Origin: Myxococcota bacterium
Lineage (GTDB): Bacteria > Myxococcota_A > UBA9160 > UBA6930
DNA: 64,000 nt
Assembly: GCA_965223415.1 (NCBI GenBank)
Contig: OZ245002.1
Location: 1,504,001 to 1,568,000, forward strand
Reading direction: 5' to 3'
Of this stretch, positions 17,654 through 25,825 are shown one piece after another. Below the pieces are notes generated by a model. That model saw nothing but the letters and a program-made list of their open reading frames with translations, was not told where the DNA came from and made no database searches. Positions within the stretch are counted from its first letter, which is position 1. Each line of letters begins with the position of its first letter. Made by a program: the position numbers and the translations under genes.

Positions 17654-18596
17654 GGCGGCCGAGGATAACAAGAGCCTCCGGGCGCGATTCGCGCGCCGCG
17701 AACGCGCACTGGTGCTGGACGGCGCGACGGGCACCGAGCTGGAGCGGCGCGGTGCGCCCTGCGCGTTGCCGCTCTGGTCGACGGGCGGCCTGCTGAGTTC
17801 GCCGGATCTCGTCCGCGAGATCCACGCCGACTACGCGCGGGCCGGCTGCGACCTGCTCACCGCGGCGACCTTTCGCACCCAGGGGCGGGTGCTCGCGCAG
17901 GTCGGTCTCGGCGGGAGGGCGGCCTCCTTGACCACACTGGCAGTGCGGCTCGCACGGGAGGCGGGCCCGGACCGGACGGTGCTCGGCTCCGCGCCACCCC
18001 TGGAGGATTGCTACCACCCGGAGCGCGTCCCGGCGGACGACGCCCTCGCCCGCGAGCACGAAGAGCACGCGGGGCACCTGGCGACCGCGGGCGCCGACGG
18101 AATCCTGGCCGAGACCCACAACACCGCCCGGGAGGCCAGGGCGGCGGCGCGGGCGGCGGGCGCGGTGGGCCTGCCGGTGTGGGTGAGCTTCGTGTGCGAC
18201 GGATCGGGTCGCCTGCTCTCGGGTGAGCCTCTCGAAGCCGGGCTCGAGGCGGTGGCCGGGGAGGCGCCTCTCGGTGTGGGCGTGAACTGCCTGCCCGCCG
18301 ATGCGGTGGACGCGTGCCTGCCCGTGCTGGAGGCGAGCGGCCTCCCCTTCCTGGTCTCTGCCAACCTGGGTGCGCCGGTCGAGGGCGCACCAAGCGGCCG
18401 CAGCGACCCGCTCGGCCCCGACGAGCTCGCGGCGCGCGCACGGGGCTGGATCGAAGCCGGCGCCGAGATCGTCGGCGGATGCTGCGGAACGAGACCGGAG
18501 CACCTCGCCGCCCTCGCCCGTCTCGTGGCCGCGCACGGGCCGCGCATCGGGACGGCAGCGGATGCGCAGCTCAATTCGGGGCACGGTCGCCGGTGA
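17652..18596 (+). CDS. Homocysteine S-methyltransferase family protein
   Basis: LDGATGTEL, IHADYARAG, GVNC, IVGGCCG zinc ligands. Confidence 0.9.
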   Translation: MAAEDNKSLRARFARRERALVLDGATGTELERRGAPCALPLWSTGGLLSSPDLVREIHADYARAGCDLLTAATFRTQGRVLAQVGLGGRAASLTTLAVRLAREAGPDRTVLGSAPPLEDCYHPERVPADDALAREHEEHAGHLATAGADGILAETHNTAREARAAARAAGAVGLPVWVSFVCDGSGRLLSGEPLEAGLEAVAGEAPLGVGVNCLPADAVDACLPVLEASGLPFLVSANLGAPVEGAPSGRSDPLGPDELAARARGWIEAGAEIVGGCCGTRPEHLAALARLVAAHGPRIGTAADAQLNSGHGRR

Positions 18597-18612
18597 CCCA
18601 AATTGTGTCACC
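18592..18612. promoter_or_regulatory. Dyad operator, candidate enhancer-binding-protein site
   Basis: GGTGACCCAAATTGTGTCACC, near-perfect inverted repeat about 120 bp upstream of a sigma54 -24 box. Confidence 0.6.
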
Positions 18613-18720
18613 CGGCTCCTCTCGGCCGGCGTGAGACGCGCGCCGCGGATGCGCAGCTCCGCCCGCAACCGACCAGCCCGCGGGCCCGCACGAGGGAGCG
18701 TGGGCCGGCCCCCCCGCCGA

Positions 18721-18736
18721 TGGCACGTGCCTTGCT
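18721..18736 (+). promoter_or_regulatory. Consensus sigma54 -24/-12 promoter with no credible downstream CDS
   Basis: TGGCACGTGCCTTGCT, an exact match to TGGCACG-N4-TTGCW. Confidence 0.8.
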
Positions 18737-18744
18737 TTCTCATG

Positions 18745-18828
18745 GTTTCCAGCACGTTCTTGGCGCCCGGGCCGGCTACCCCTCCCCTCGTGCTTGCACG
18801 AGGAGTCGACCCGGGCGCTTTTCTCTTT
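18745..18828 (+). ncRNA. Candidate sigma54-dependent small regulatory RNA (~80 nt)
   Basis: Starts about 12 nt after the -12 box. Stem GCGCCCGGG/CCCGGGCGC, inner CGGCU/AGUCG, ACCCCUCC bulge, apical CCUCGUG-CUUG-CACGAGG, then UUUUCUCUUU. Confidence 0.6.
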
Positions 18829-18834
18829 CCGCGC

Positions 18835-20076
18835 TCAGGACCGGTAGCGGGGCTCGGGCACCGCGTGCAGCACCCATGCGACGGCCGCGAGCTGGAAGGC
18901 GATCGCCGTCCAGAAGACCGCCTCGTAGGAGACGGTGGCCGCCAGCACGCCGCCGACCAGCGGTCCGAGGGCGCCGACGAGCTCGCTGGCGGAGTTGGCG
19001 ACGGCGATGCGCATGGGGAGGTTCTCGCGGCTGCCGAACTCGAGCACCAGGTTCTGGGACGCCATCTGGAAGCCGCCAAAGCCGGCGCCCAGGCCGAGCA
19101 TGATCAGCACGAGCACCGCGGGCTCGTCGCCGGCGGTCATCAGGGCCAGAGCCGCCCCGACCCACAGCAGCAGGGACGCGATGAAGATCGCGCGGAAGCC
19201 GGTGCGGTCGGCGATCTCCCCCCAGGCCAGGTTTCCCATGCTCCAGGAGAGCAGGAACGCCATCGTGAGCGGGCCGAGCATGGCGGGGCCGGCGTCCGCG
19301 TAGAGCACGTAGAACGGCACGGACATCCGGCCCATCGTCGCGAGAGCGCGCGCCAGGAAGTAGCGGGTGAAGGCGGGGTCGCTTCGAAGGAGCGCGGGCA
19401 GCTCCGTGAGCCGACTGCCCACGCGGCTGGCACTGCGAACGCTCGGCGACTCCGGCTCGCGGATGAACGCGAGCATGGAGAGGCCGAGGGCGGTGAGCGC
19501 GAACGAGAGCAGGAAGGTCGCGGCGTAGCCGTTGCCGAGGGCGCCGATCTCGACCAGGTGGCCACCGACGCCGCCCACCGCCACCGCGGTGATTCCCGCC
19601 AGCGCGTTGCGCAGCCCCATCAGGCGTCCGCGGCGCTCGATGGGGATCACCTTCGACACCAGGGTGCTGAAGATCACCCCCTGCATGCCCATGAAGAAGC
19701 CGAACAGCGCCAGGATGGCGCAGATCGCCACCAGCGCGGGGGTGCCCGAGAGGAAGAACCCGACCAGCGCCAGGCCCAACACCTGGACGCGCATCAGACC
19801 GCCGATCCAGAAGCCCATCGGCAGGACGCGGCGACGATGCTCGATGGCGGTGGCGCCGAGCACTGGCGAGAGGAACATGCCCAGGGATTGGAAGGCGCGC
19901 GCTGCGCCGACGGCGATCGGCGTGCCGGCAATCAGCTCCACGTACATCGGGATGAAGGTCGGCGCCTGGATCAGGCGGAAGCCGGTCTGGCCCAGGAGAC
20001 CGTGGGCCAGGTGCGCGAGGTAGTTGCGACGCAGGTGGCGCTGGGCCTCGGCCTGGAAGCGCTCCTCGTCGTTCAC
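18835..20076 (-). CDS. MFS transporter
   Basis: About 12 hydrophobic helices; WGEIADRTGFR motif; GTG start overlapping the folC stop. Confidence 0.85.
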   Translation of the reverse strand: MNDEERFQAEAQRHLRRNYLAHLAHGLLGQTGFRLIQAPTFIPMYVELIAGTPIAVGAARAFQSLGMFLSPVLGATAIEHRRRVLPMGFWIGGLMRVQVLGLALVGFFLSGTPALVAICAILALFGFFMGMQGVIFSTLVSKVIPIERRGRLMGLRNALAGITAVAVGGVGGHLVEIGALGNGYAATFLLSFALTALGLSMLAFIREPESPSVRSASRVGSRLTELPALLRSDPAFTRYFLARALATMGRMSVPFYVLYADAGPAMLGPLTMAFLLSWSMGNLAWGEIADRTGFRAIFIASLLLWVGAALALMTAGDEPAVLVLIMLGLGAGFGGFQMASQNLVLEFGSRENLPMRIAVANSASELVGALGPLVGGVLAATVSYEAVFWTAIAFQLAAVAWVLHAVPEPRYRS

Positions 20077-21380
20077 GGCGCGAGCACGGCGCGGGCGATG
20101 CCGGCCAGGTACATCGAGCCCGTGGCGCACAGGAGATCGTCGGGCCCGGTCTCGGCCGACGCGCGGGCGAGCGCTTCGCGGGGATCCTCGACGCTGCGTA
20201 CGTCCGCCTGGGGAAGAGCCCGGCGCAGCTCGGCGCCCAGGGTCTCGGGCGCGAGCGAGCGCACCGGCTCGGCGCGGGTGGCGTAGAAGACGTCACCTTG
20301 GTCGCCGAGGGCACGGGCGATCGCGTCCAGGTCCTTGCCGGCGGAGACGGACACGACGAAGCGTCCCCGCCGATGGGGCATGTGCGCCAGGGCGTCGGCG
20401 AGGGCCCGGGCAGAAGCCGCGGTGTGGGCGCCGTCGACCACGATCCACGGCCGCTCCGAGAGGATCTCGATCCGCGCGGGCAGGCGGGCCGCCGCGAAGG
20501 CGCGCGGGGCGGCTTCGGCCAGACGCTCCAGCGGCAGCGCCTCCAAGCGCTTGACGCACGCCAGGGCGAGGGCAGCGTTCACGGCCTGATGGGCACCGGG
20601 CGTCGCGAGCTCGGCGCGAAGCTCGAGCTCCCCGTCGCGCACGTGCAGGCGCACGCGCGGCCCCTTCGTCTCGCCGACCTCGAGGAAGAAGTCCCGGCCC
20701 AACGCGACGAGGGGAGCGCCGACCTCGCTACAGCGCGCGCGCACCACCCGCGCCGCCTCCTCCGGCAGCCGGCCCATGACGAGCGGCACCCCGGGCTTCG
20801 CGATGCCCGCCTTCTCGGCGGCGATCGCAACCAGCGTGCTCCCGAGCTTTTCCGTGTGCTCGAGCTCGATGCTCGTGACGCAGGTGACCGCCGGCGCCAC
20901 CGCGTTGGTCGAGTCGAGGCGTCCGCCGAGACCCACCTCGAGGATCGCCACGTCCACCCCTGCCTCCGCGAAGAGCAGGAGTGCCGCCGCGGTCGTGACG
21001 TCGAAGAAGCTGGGCGCGTCCGGTTGTCCGCGCAGCGCCATGACCGGCTCGCGCAGCGTCGCCACCGCCGCTCCGAGGCGCGCGCCGGAGACCGGCGTGC
21101 CACCCAGCCGGAAACGCTCCGTCCAGCTCTCGAGATGGGGCGAGGTGAAGGTCCCCACCTCCAACCCGGTCTCCCGCAACAGGGCCTCGGCGAAGAGCGC
21201 CGTCGAGCCCTTGCCCTTGGAGCCGGCCACGTGGAGAATGCACAGGCCGTCCTGGGGATTGCCGAGCGCCTCGAGCAGCTGCGTCACCGGGGCGAGGGAG
21301 AGGCGTGCGCGGCGCAGGTCGGGCATGCGCTCGACGTTGATCAGCCCGGCCAGCCAGGCCTCCGCCTCCTCCCCGGTCAT
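20073..21380 (-). CDS. folC: Folylpolyglutamate synthase / dihydrofolate synthase
   Basis: HVAGSKGKGST, FTSPHL, EVGLGGRLDSTN, EKAGI, VDGAH, TGSMYLAG. Confidence 0.95.
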   Translation of the reverse strand: MTGEEAEAWLAGLINVERMPDLRRARLSLAPVTQLLEALGNPQDGLCILHVAGSKGKGSTALFAEALLRETGLEVGTFTSPHLESWTERFRLGGTPVSGARLGAAVATLREPVMALRGQPDAPSFFDVTTAAALLLFAEAGVDVAILEVGLGGRLDSTNAVAPAVTCVTSIELEHTEKLGSTLVAIAAEKAGIAKPGVPLVMGRLPEEAARVVRARCSEVGAPLVALGRDFFLEVGETKGPRVRLHVRDGELELRAELATPGAHQAVNAALALACVKRLEALPLERLAEAAPRAFAAARLPARIEILSERPWIVVDGAHTAASARALADALAHMPHRRGRFVVSVSAGKDLDAIARALGDQGDVFYATRAEPVRSLAPETLGAELRRALPQADVRSVEDPREALARASAETGPDDLLCATGSMYLAGIARAVLAP

Positions 21381-21486
21381 GGGGCCCTCCACCCTCTTCG
21401 ACGTCCTACGACGTCTCCCGTGGCTCCAACGCAACGAGGCGGCCCGTGCTCGGACCGCCTCGTGGAACTCCGATCGATCGGCGCGT

Positions 21487-21813
21487 CTACTGCACCATGT
21501 ACTTCTTCCACGAGCGATAGTTCTTGACCGCCGTGCTGGTGCTCTCGACCGCCGGGTAGTAGTAGCGCACCGCGTGGCCGCAGGTATCGCAGATCCTGTA
21601 ACAGAACTTGAACCCGTCGACTTCGCGGACCTGCCCGACCGAGGTGCGGTTCTCGTCGGTGCAGCAGCGCGAGGGCTGCGTGGGCGACACGATCTTCTTC
21701 GGGTAGTCGTTCTTCGGCTTCTCGTCGTCCGAGTAGCGGATGATGTTCTTGACGATGCGGTTCTTCTTGTCATCCGCGTTCTGCTTCCGAATGTTGCTGC
21801 CGATCCGTCTCAA
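21487..21813 (-). CDS. Small Lys/Tyr-rich hypothetical protein with Cys cluster (108 aa)
   Basis: GAGGA RBS then TTG overlapping the NRDE stop; G/C-ending codons; RCCTD...FCYRICDTCGH. Confidence 0.75.
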   Translation of the reverse strand: MRRIGSNIRKQNADDKKNRIVKNIIRYSDDEKPKNDYPKKIVSPTQPSRCCTDENRTSVGQVREVDGFKFCYRICDTCGHAVRYYYPAVESTSTAVKNYRSWKKYMVQ

Positions 21814-22601
21814 GACAGGTTCCTCGTCATGGCCCCGGGAAGCGTGCCGGCCGTCCGGTCCAGCTCGCCCAGGAGCGGGGTCAAGTCTTCGTAGCTCGCC
21901 GTGCACGGCGCACCGTTCGCGTAGAGGAGGCGGTCCCCTTCGCGCCGGCGACCGCGCACGAACAAGGTGGAGCTGCGGGTGCCGTAACCTCCCGCATGGA
22001 TGCAAGTGGCCTCGAAGGGCGTCCGGGTGTCGCCTTCGGGCACGTGCATGCGCAGGATGTGTGCAAGTGCGTCGAGCACGCCCTCGGAGCTGCCGGCGGC
22101 GACCGGCTCGAGCTCCCCCATCAGGCGGCCGACCTTGGGGTGGGCGGCATCGTTCGGGTCGGCGTTGCCGATCACGTGGGGGCCCGGGGCCAGCTTCTCG
22201 GCGCGGGCGCCGCTCTCGAGCACGACCGCGTAGGCGGTCAGGCCGTCGGCCACGAACAGGTTGCACGGGTTGTGGGCGTCCCGAGGCAGCCCGACGAGCT
22301 GCTCCATGGCCTCCTTCGCGCTGGGCGCCGCCAGGACGTCGGTGACGAGATGGCCCCGGGAGCGGCGGGAGGAATCGGGGCTCGGACAGGGCCGATTCGT
22401 GAGCGCGGCGAACACGCCGGCGTCGTTCATGCCGAGCCAGGTGCCGCCCTCCCGCAAGTCCCGCGGCGCAAGCACGACGCGCTCGCCCTCCCGGCGCAGG
22501 CCGGGGCCTGCCGCGGGGCGGTCGTGGTACTCGTCCCGGTTGGCAGCGATCACGAGCGGCGCATCCGGGAAGCAGCGGTGGAGTGCCAGAAGGGTGCACA
22601 T
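21810..22601 (-). CDS. NRDE / TANGO2 family protein
   Basis: MCTL..IAANRDE, GGTWLG, ALTN, YGTRSST. Confidence 0.92.
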   Translation of the reverse strand: MCTLLALHRCFPDAPLVIAANRDEYHDRPAAGPGLRREGERVVLAPRDLREGGTWLGMNDAGVFAALTNRPCPSPDSSRRSRGHLVTDVLAAPSAKEAMEQLVGLPRDAHNPCNLFVADGLTAYAVVLESGARAEKLAPGPHVIGNADPNDAAHPKVGRLMGELEPVAAGSSEGVLDALAHILRMHVPEGDTRTPFEATCIHAGGYGTRSSTLFVRGRRREGDRLLYANGAPCTASYEDLTPLLGELDRTAGTLPGAMTRNLS

Positions 22602-22673
22602 GCGGGGAGGGTCTCGGCGCCGCCTCGCCGGGCCCCCGGGAGGGCTGAGCGGGCAGCTGACACGAGAGCCGAC

Positions 22674-22701
22674 AAGCTAGCGAAATTCCCCCGGGGGTCA
22701 A
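22674..22701 (-). promoter_or_regulatory. Possible sigma70 promoter for the NRDE operon
   Basis: TTGACC-N16-TAGCTT on the minus strand. Confidence 0.45.
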
Positions 22702-22712
22702 GCCGCCCGCCA

Positions 22713-22790
22713 GAATGAAGAAACGGGGCCGGAGTTAAGAATTCAGTTCTTGAGAACTGAATTCTTAACTCCGGCCCCGTTTCTTCATTC
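22713..22790. repeat. Perfect palindrome (family A), 38-bp arms with 2-nt centre
   Basis: GAATGAAGAAACGGGGCCGGAGTTAAGAATTCAGTTCT-TG-exact reverse complement. Confidence 0.92.
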
Positions 22791-22793
22791 CGG

Positions 22794-24137
22794 CTAGGCA
22801 CCGACGACCTTGAGATGGGCTCCCTTGGCGGCTCCGCCGGGGGATTCCTTCTTGCTCACGCGCCAGCCGCGGGCGGCGCGGAGGCGGCTGGCGCGGCGGC
22901 GGGCCGTGGTGCGGTTCATCTCGAGGCCGTAGCGGCCGAGCACCTCGGAGAGCTCGTCGAAGTTGTTCTCGATCGAGACGCGCACGCTCTCGAAGCCCTC
23001 GCGGATCGCGTCGGCGCGCTTCCAGAAGGCGAGCGGGTTCATGCCGAAGAACTCCGCGTCGTGCTCGCGCGGCTCGAGCAGCACGATATCGCCCTTGAAG
23101 CGGGTGTCGCTCAGGTAGCGCTGCAGGGCGGCGCGCAGACGCGAGTGGAGCAAGGTGCGGAACACCTGGTTGATCACGCTGAGCATGCCGTGATCCGCCA
23201 GCGGCGCGCCCGCCGCGAAGTGTTCCTCGTCGTCCAGTCGGTTCAGGAACGGCCGGAACGGGTTGTAACAGATGATCAGGTCGGCGCCCTTCTCGATCGC
23301 CACGTCGATGTTCGCCGTGTTTCGGATGCCGCCGTCGATGTAGTCGACGCCGCCGATGCGAGCGGGGCGGAAGAAGAGCGGAAGCGCCGTGGAGGCCTGT
23401 ACCGCCTTGGAGATGGACACGTCCGCCTTCTCGTCGGGGCCGAAGACGACGCGTTCGGCGGTGTCGAGGTCGCAGGCGGCCACGTAGAGCTTCTTGCCGA
23501 ACTCGCTCTCGAAGGCGCGGAAGTCGTTGGGCGCGCCCATCCGTTCCAGGCTCCGGCGCAGCCAGCCCTCGAGCCGGCTGTTGTCGAAGAGGCCGGTCGG
23601 AACGTGGCTGAACAGCGACGGCACCTCACGCCGCGGCGAGACGTGCTCGATGAGCCGCATCGCCACCTCCTCGGCGCGGGTGTAGCTGGGCTTCTCGGCC
23701 AGCTTCCTCAGAGAGGGTCCGATCACCGAAGGGAGATCGGGAATCTGGCGCGTCAGCTCGAGGGCCACGCTCGGCGCGTAGGTGAGCACGTCGACCAGGA
23801 ACCGCGTCGGCCGGGACAGGAACTCACCGATGTTCGGGTTGTAGAAGTGGTGGGGCGCAAGCTGCTCGAGCTTGGTGCTCGTCCCCTCGAGCACCTTGAT
23901 CATCTCGTCGGGCTTCAGCCCGCCGGCGAGGGAGACCGCCAGGATCGAGCCGGCTGAGAGGCCGATGTAGGTGTCCAGGTCGGAGATGCGGCGATCGACG
24001 AGGTAGTCGTCGAGGGCCTTGAGGCCCCCCACCTTGAAGGCACCGCCAGAGACCGCACCGCCCGCGAGGACCAGGGCGACCTTCGGGTTCGCCTTGCGGC
24101 GGGTGCCGGTGCTCTTGCGAATCAGCGTCAGACCCAC
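22794..24137 (-). CDS. Cytoplasmic patatin-like phospholipase
   Basis: LAGGAVSGG, GLSAG, ASTALP, YIDGG. Confidence 0.88.
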   Translation of the reverse strand: MGLTLIRKSTGTRRKANPKVALVLAGGAVSGGAFKVGGLKALDDYLVDRRISDLDTYIGLSAGSILAVSLAGGLKPDEMIKVLEGTSTKLEQLAPHHFYNPNIGEFLSRPTRFLVDVLTYAPSVALELTRQIPDLPSVIGPSLRKLAEKPSYTRAEEVAMRLIEHVSPRREVPSLFSHVPTGLFDNSRLEGWLRRSLERMGAPNDFRAFESEFGKKLYVAACDLDTAERVVFGPDEKADVSISKAVQASTALPLFFRPARIGGVDYIDGGIRNTANIDVAIEKGADLIICYNPFRPFLNRLDDEEHFAAGAPLADHGMLSVINQVFRTLLHSRLRAALQRYLSDTRFKGDIVLLEPREHDAEFFGMNPLAFWKRADAIREGFESVRVSIENNFDELSEVLGRYGLEMNRTTARRRASRLRAARGWRVSKKESPGGAAKGAHLKVVGA

Positions 24138-24467
24138 GATTCGGGTTCCTCCGCGGTGACCTGTTCACGATCGGCACGACCGGGCTGCTGGCAACGGATG
24201 ACACCGACCGAGCCGATTTGTTGCGCCGCGTCAGAATAGCCCGGCAGCGATCCGCTGCCCAGCGGCGATCGGGGGCGCCGGCACCTTCTCCCTCCGGCAG
24301 GTGCCGCTGCAACTGATTGAAATCATTCGCGTCTGATTCGGAGTCGGCTCGCCCCAAGGGAATGCTCGAAGGCCCCCGACCTGCCGCAACGCGTCGTGAG
24401 ACGGCCGACTGGGAGGGCGCGGGAAGTGCTTTGCGATCGCCCGGGCCGCGAGTACGATGAAGGTTCG

Positions 24468-25766
24468 ATGCTCCTCCCCAAGGCCGCCCTCCCCCCGCTT
24501 CGGGTGCTCTTCACCTGTGTCCTGGTGCTCGGGGTCGGCTGCGCCACCACCGGATCCGACGATCCGCCCCCGGGCCCGACGCCCACCGCAGGCTCTCCGA
24601 GCGCCGATCCCCAGGCCGACGACGCAGCTCCCGGCGCGGGCAAGCGAGCCCAGAGCGCCGTGGAGGGCATGCTGATCGGCGCGATCGTCGGCGGCCAGGC
24701 CGGGCCCATCGGCGCAGCGGTCGGCGGCGTGAGCATGCTGCTCTACGGCGCCATCACCGGTGAAGTCCCGCTCCAGGGCGCGCCGTCCGGCGGGCGCGGA
24801 GGCGGGCGCTACCCGCGCACCTCCGATGCCGCCGACGAGGCGGAGCTCGAAGAGGAGATCGAGCAGGAGATTGCCCGCCAGGGCTCCCTGGAAGACGAAA
24901 TCCAGGCCGAGCTCAAACGCCAGGAGGACATCCTGCGGCGCATCGAGCGCGACGAGGCGGTGCGTGCGGCTCGTGAGAAGGAGTCGGAGACGACCGCCCT
25001 GGACCTCGAGCGCAAGGCCAGCGAGACCCGCCGCGCGCCGAAGGCCGAGCCCCTGCGCGACCTGCCCGCCTCGATCTTCGACGAGTCCCGCCGCCAGGAG
25101 GGCGAGCGCGCCTTCAAGGTGCGCTCCCTCGACGCCGATCGGGACGGCGCGCCGGAAGAGCTCCGCATCTTCGACGACGCCACCGGGCAGCTCGTGCGCC
25201 TCGAGATGGATCGCGACTACGACGGCAACGTCGACGCCTGGAGCACCTTCGAGGGCGGAAAGGTCCGCGAGACACGCCGGGACAACGACGGCGACGGCAA
25301 GGCCGACGAGTGGCTCCAGTTCGGCGCCGACGGCCTCGCGACGTCCCGCGAGGTCGACCGGAACAGCGACGGCACCCGCGACGCGTTCTACGTCTTCCGC
25401 GGCGGCGCGCTCGTGGAAGAGCGCCACGACGCGAGCGGCGACGGAACCCCCGACCGCATCCTCCGCTACGAAGGCGCCCAGCTGAAGGTGGCCGAAGAGG
25501 ACACCAGCGGCGACGGCCGCATGGACACTTGGACCCACTACAAGGTCTTCGCCCGCCAGGAGATCGTCGACCGCATCGAGAAGGACACCGACGGCGACGA
25601 CAAGCCCGACGTCTTCGAGACCTACGAGCAGATCGCCGGCCGCCTGCTCCTCAAGGAGCGCGGCGAAGACAAGAACGGCGACGGCGAGATCGACATCCGC
25701 TCGATCTACGAGGACGGCAAGCTGAAGCAGCGCCAGATCAACGACCCGGCGCTGCTCCCGCTCTAG
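24468..25766 (+). CDS. Lipoprotein with glycine zipper, coiled coil and about 10 DxDxDG Ca-binding-like repeats
   Basis: Lipobox LGVGC; GMLIGAIVGG; repeated D-x-[DNS]-G-D-G-x-x-D units about 22 aa apart. Confidence 0.75.
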   Translation: MLLPKAALPPLRVLFTCVLVLGVGCATTGSDDPPPGPTPTAGSPSADPQADDAAPGAGKRAQSAVEGMLIGAIVGGQAGPIGAAVGGVSMLLYGAITGEVPLQGAPSGGRGGGRYPRTSDAADEAELEEEIEQEIARQGSLEDEIQAELKRQEDILRRIERDEAVRAAREKESETTALDLERKASETRRAPKAEPLRDLPASIFDESRRQEGERAFKVRSLDADRDGAPEELRIFDDATGQLVRLEMDRDYDGNVDAWSTFEGGKVRETRRDNDGDGKADEWLQFGADGLATSREVDRNSDGTRDAFYVFRGGALVEERHDASGDGTPDRILRYEGAQLKVAEEDTSGDGRMDTWTHYKVFARQEIVDRIEKDTDGDDKPDVFETYEQIAGRLLLKERGEDKNGDGEIDIRSIYEDGKLKQRQINDPALLPL

Positions 25767-25825
25767 ACCGAGGAAGGCCGGTACGCGTTTCACATTTGCG
25801 AGACCGGCTCTAGGCTCCCGCAGGC

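Noticed and set aside
18745..18828. Direct homology to Pxr, a tRNA, SRP RNA or a SAM riboswitch
   Set aside because: No cloverleaf and no recognisable conserved motifs. It lies downstream rather than upstream of the methyltransferase. Pxr is cited only as an analogy.
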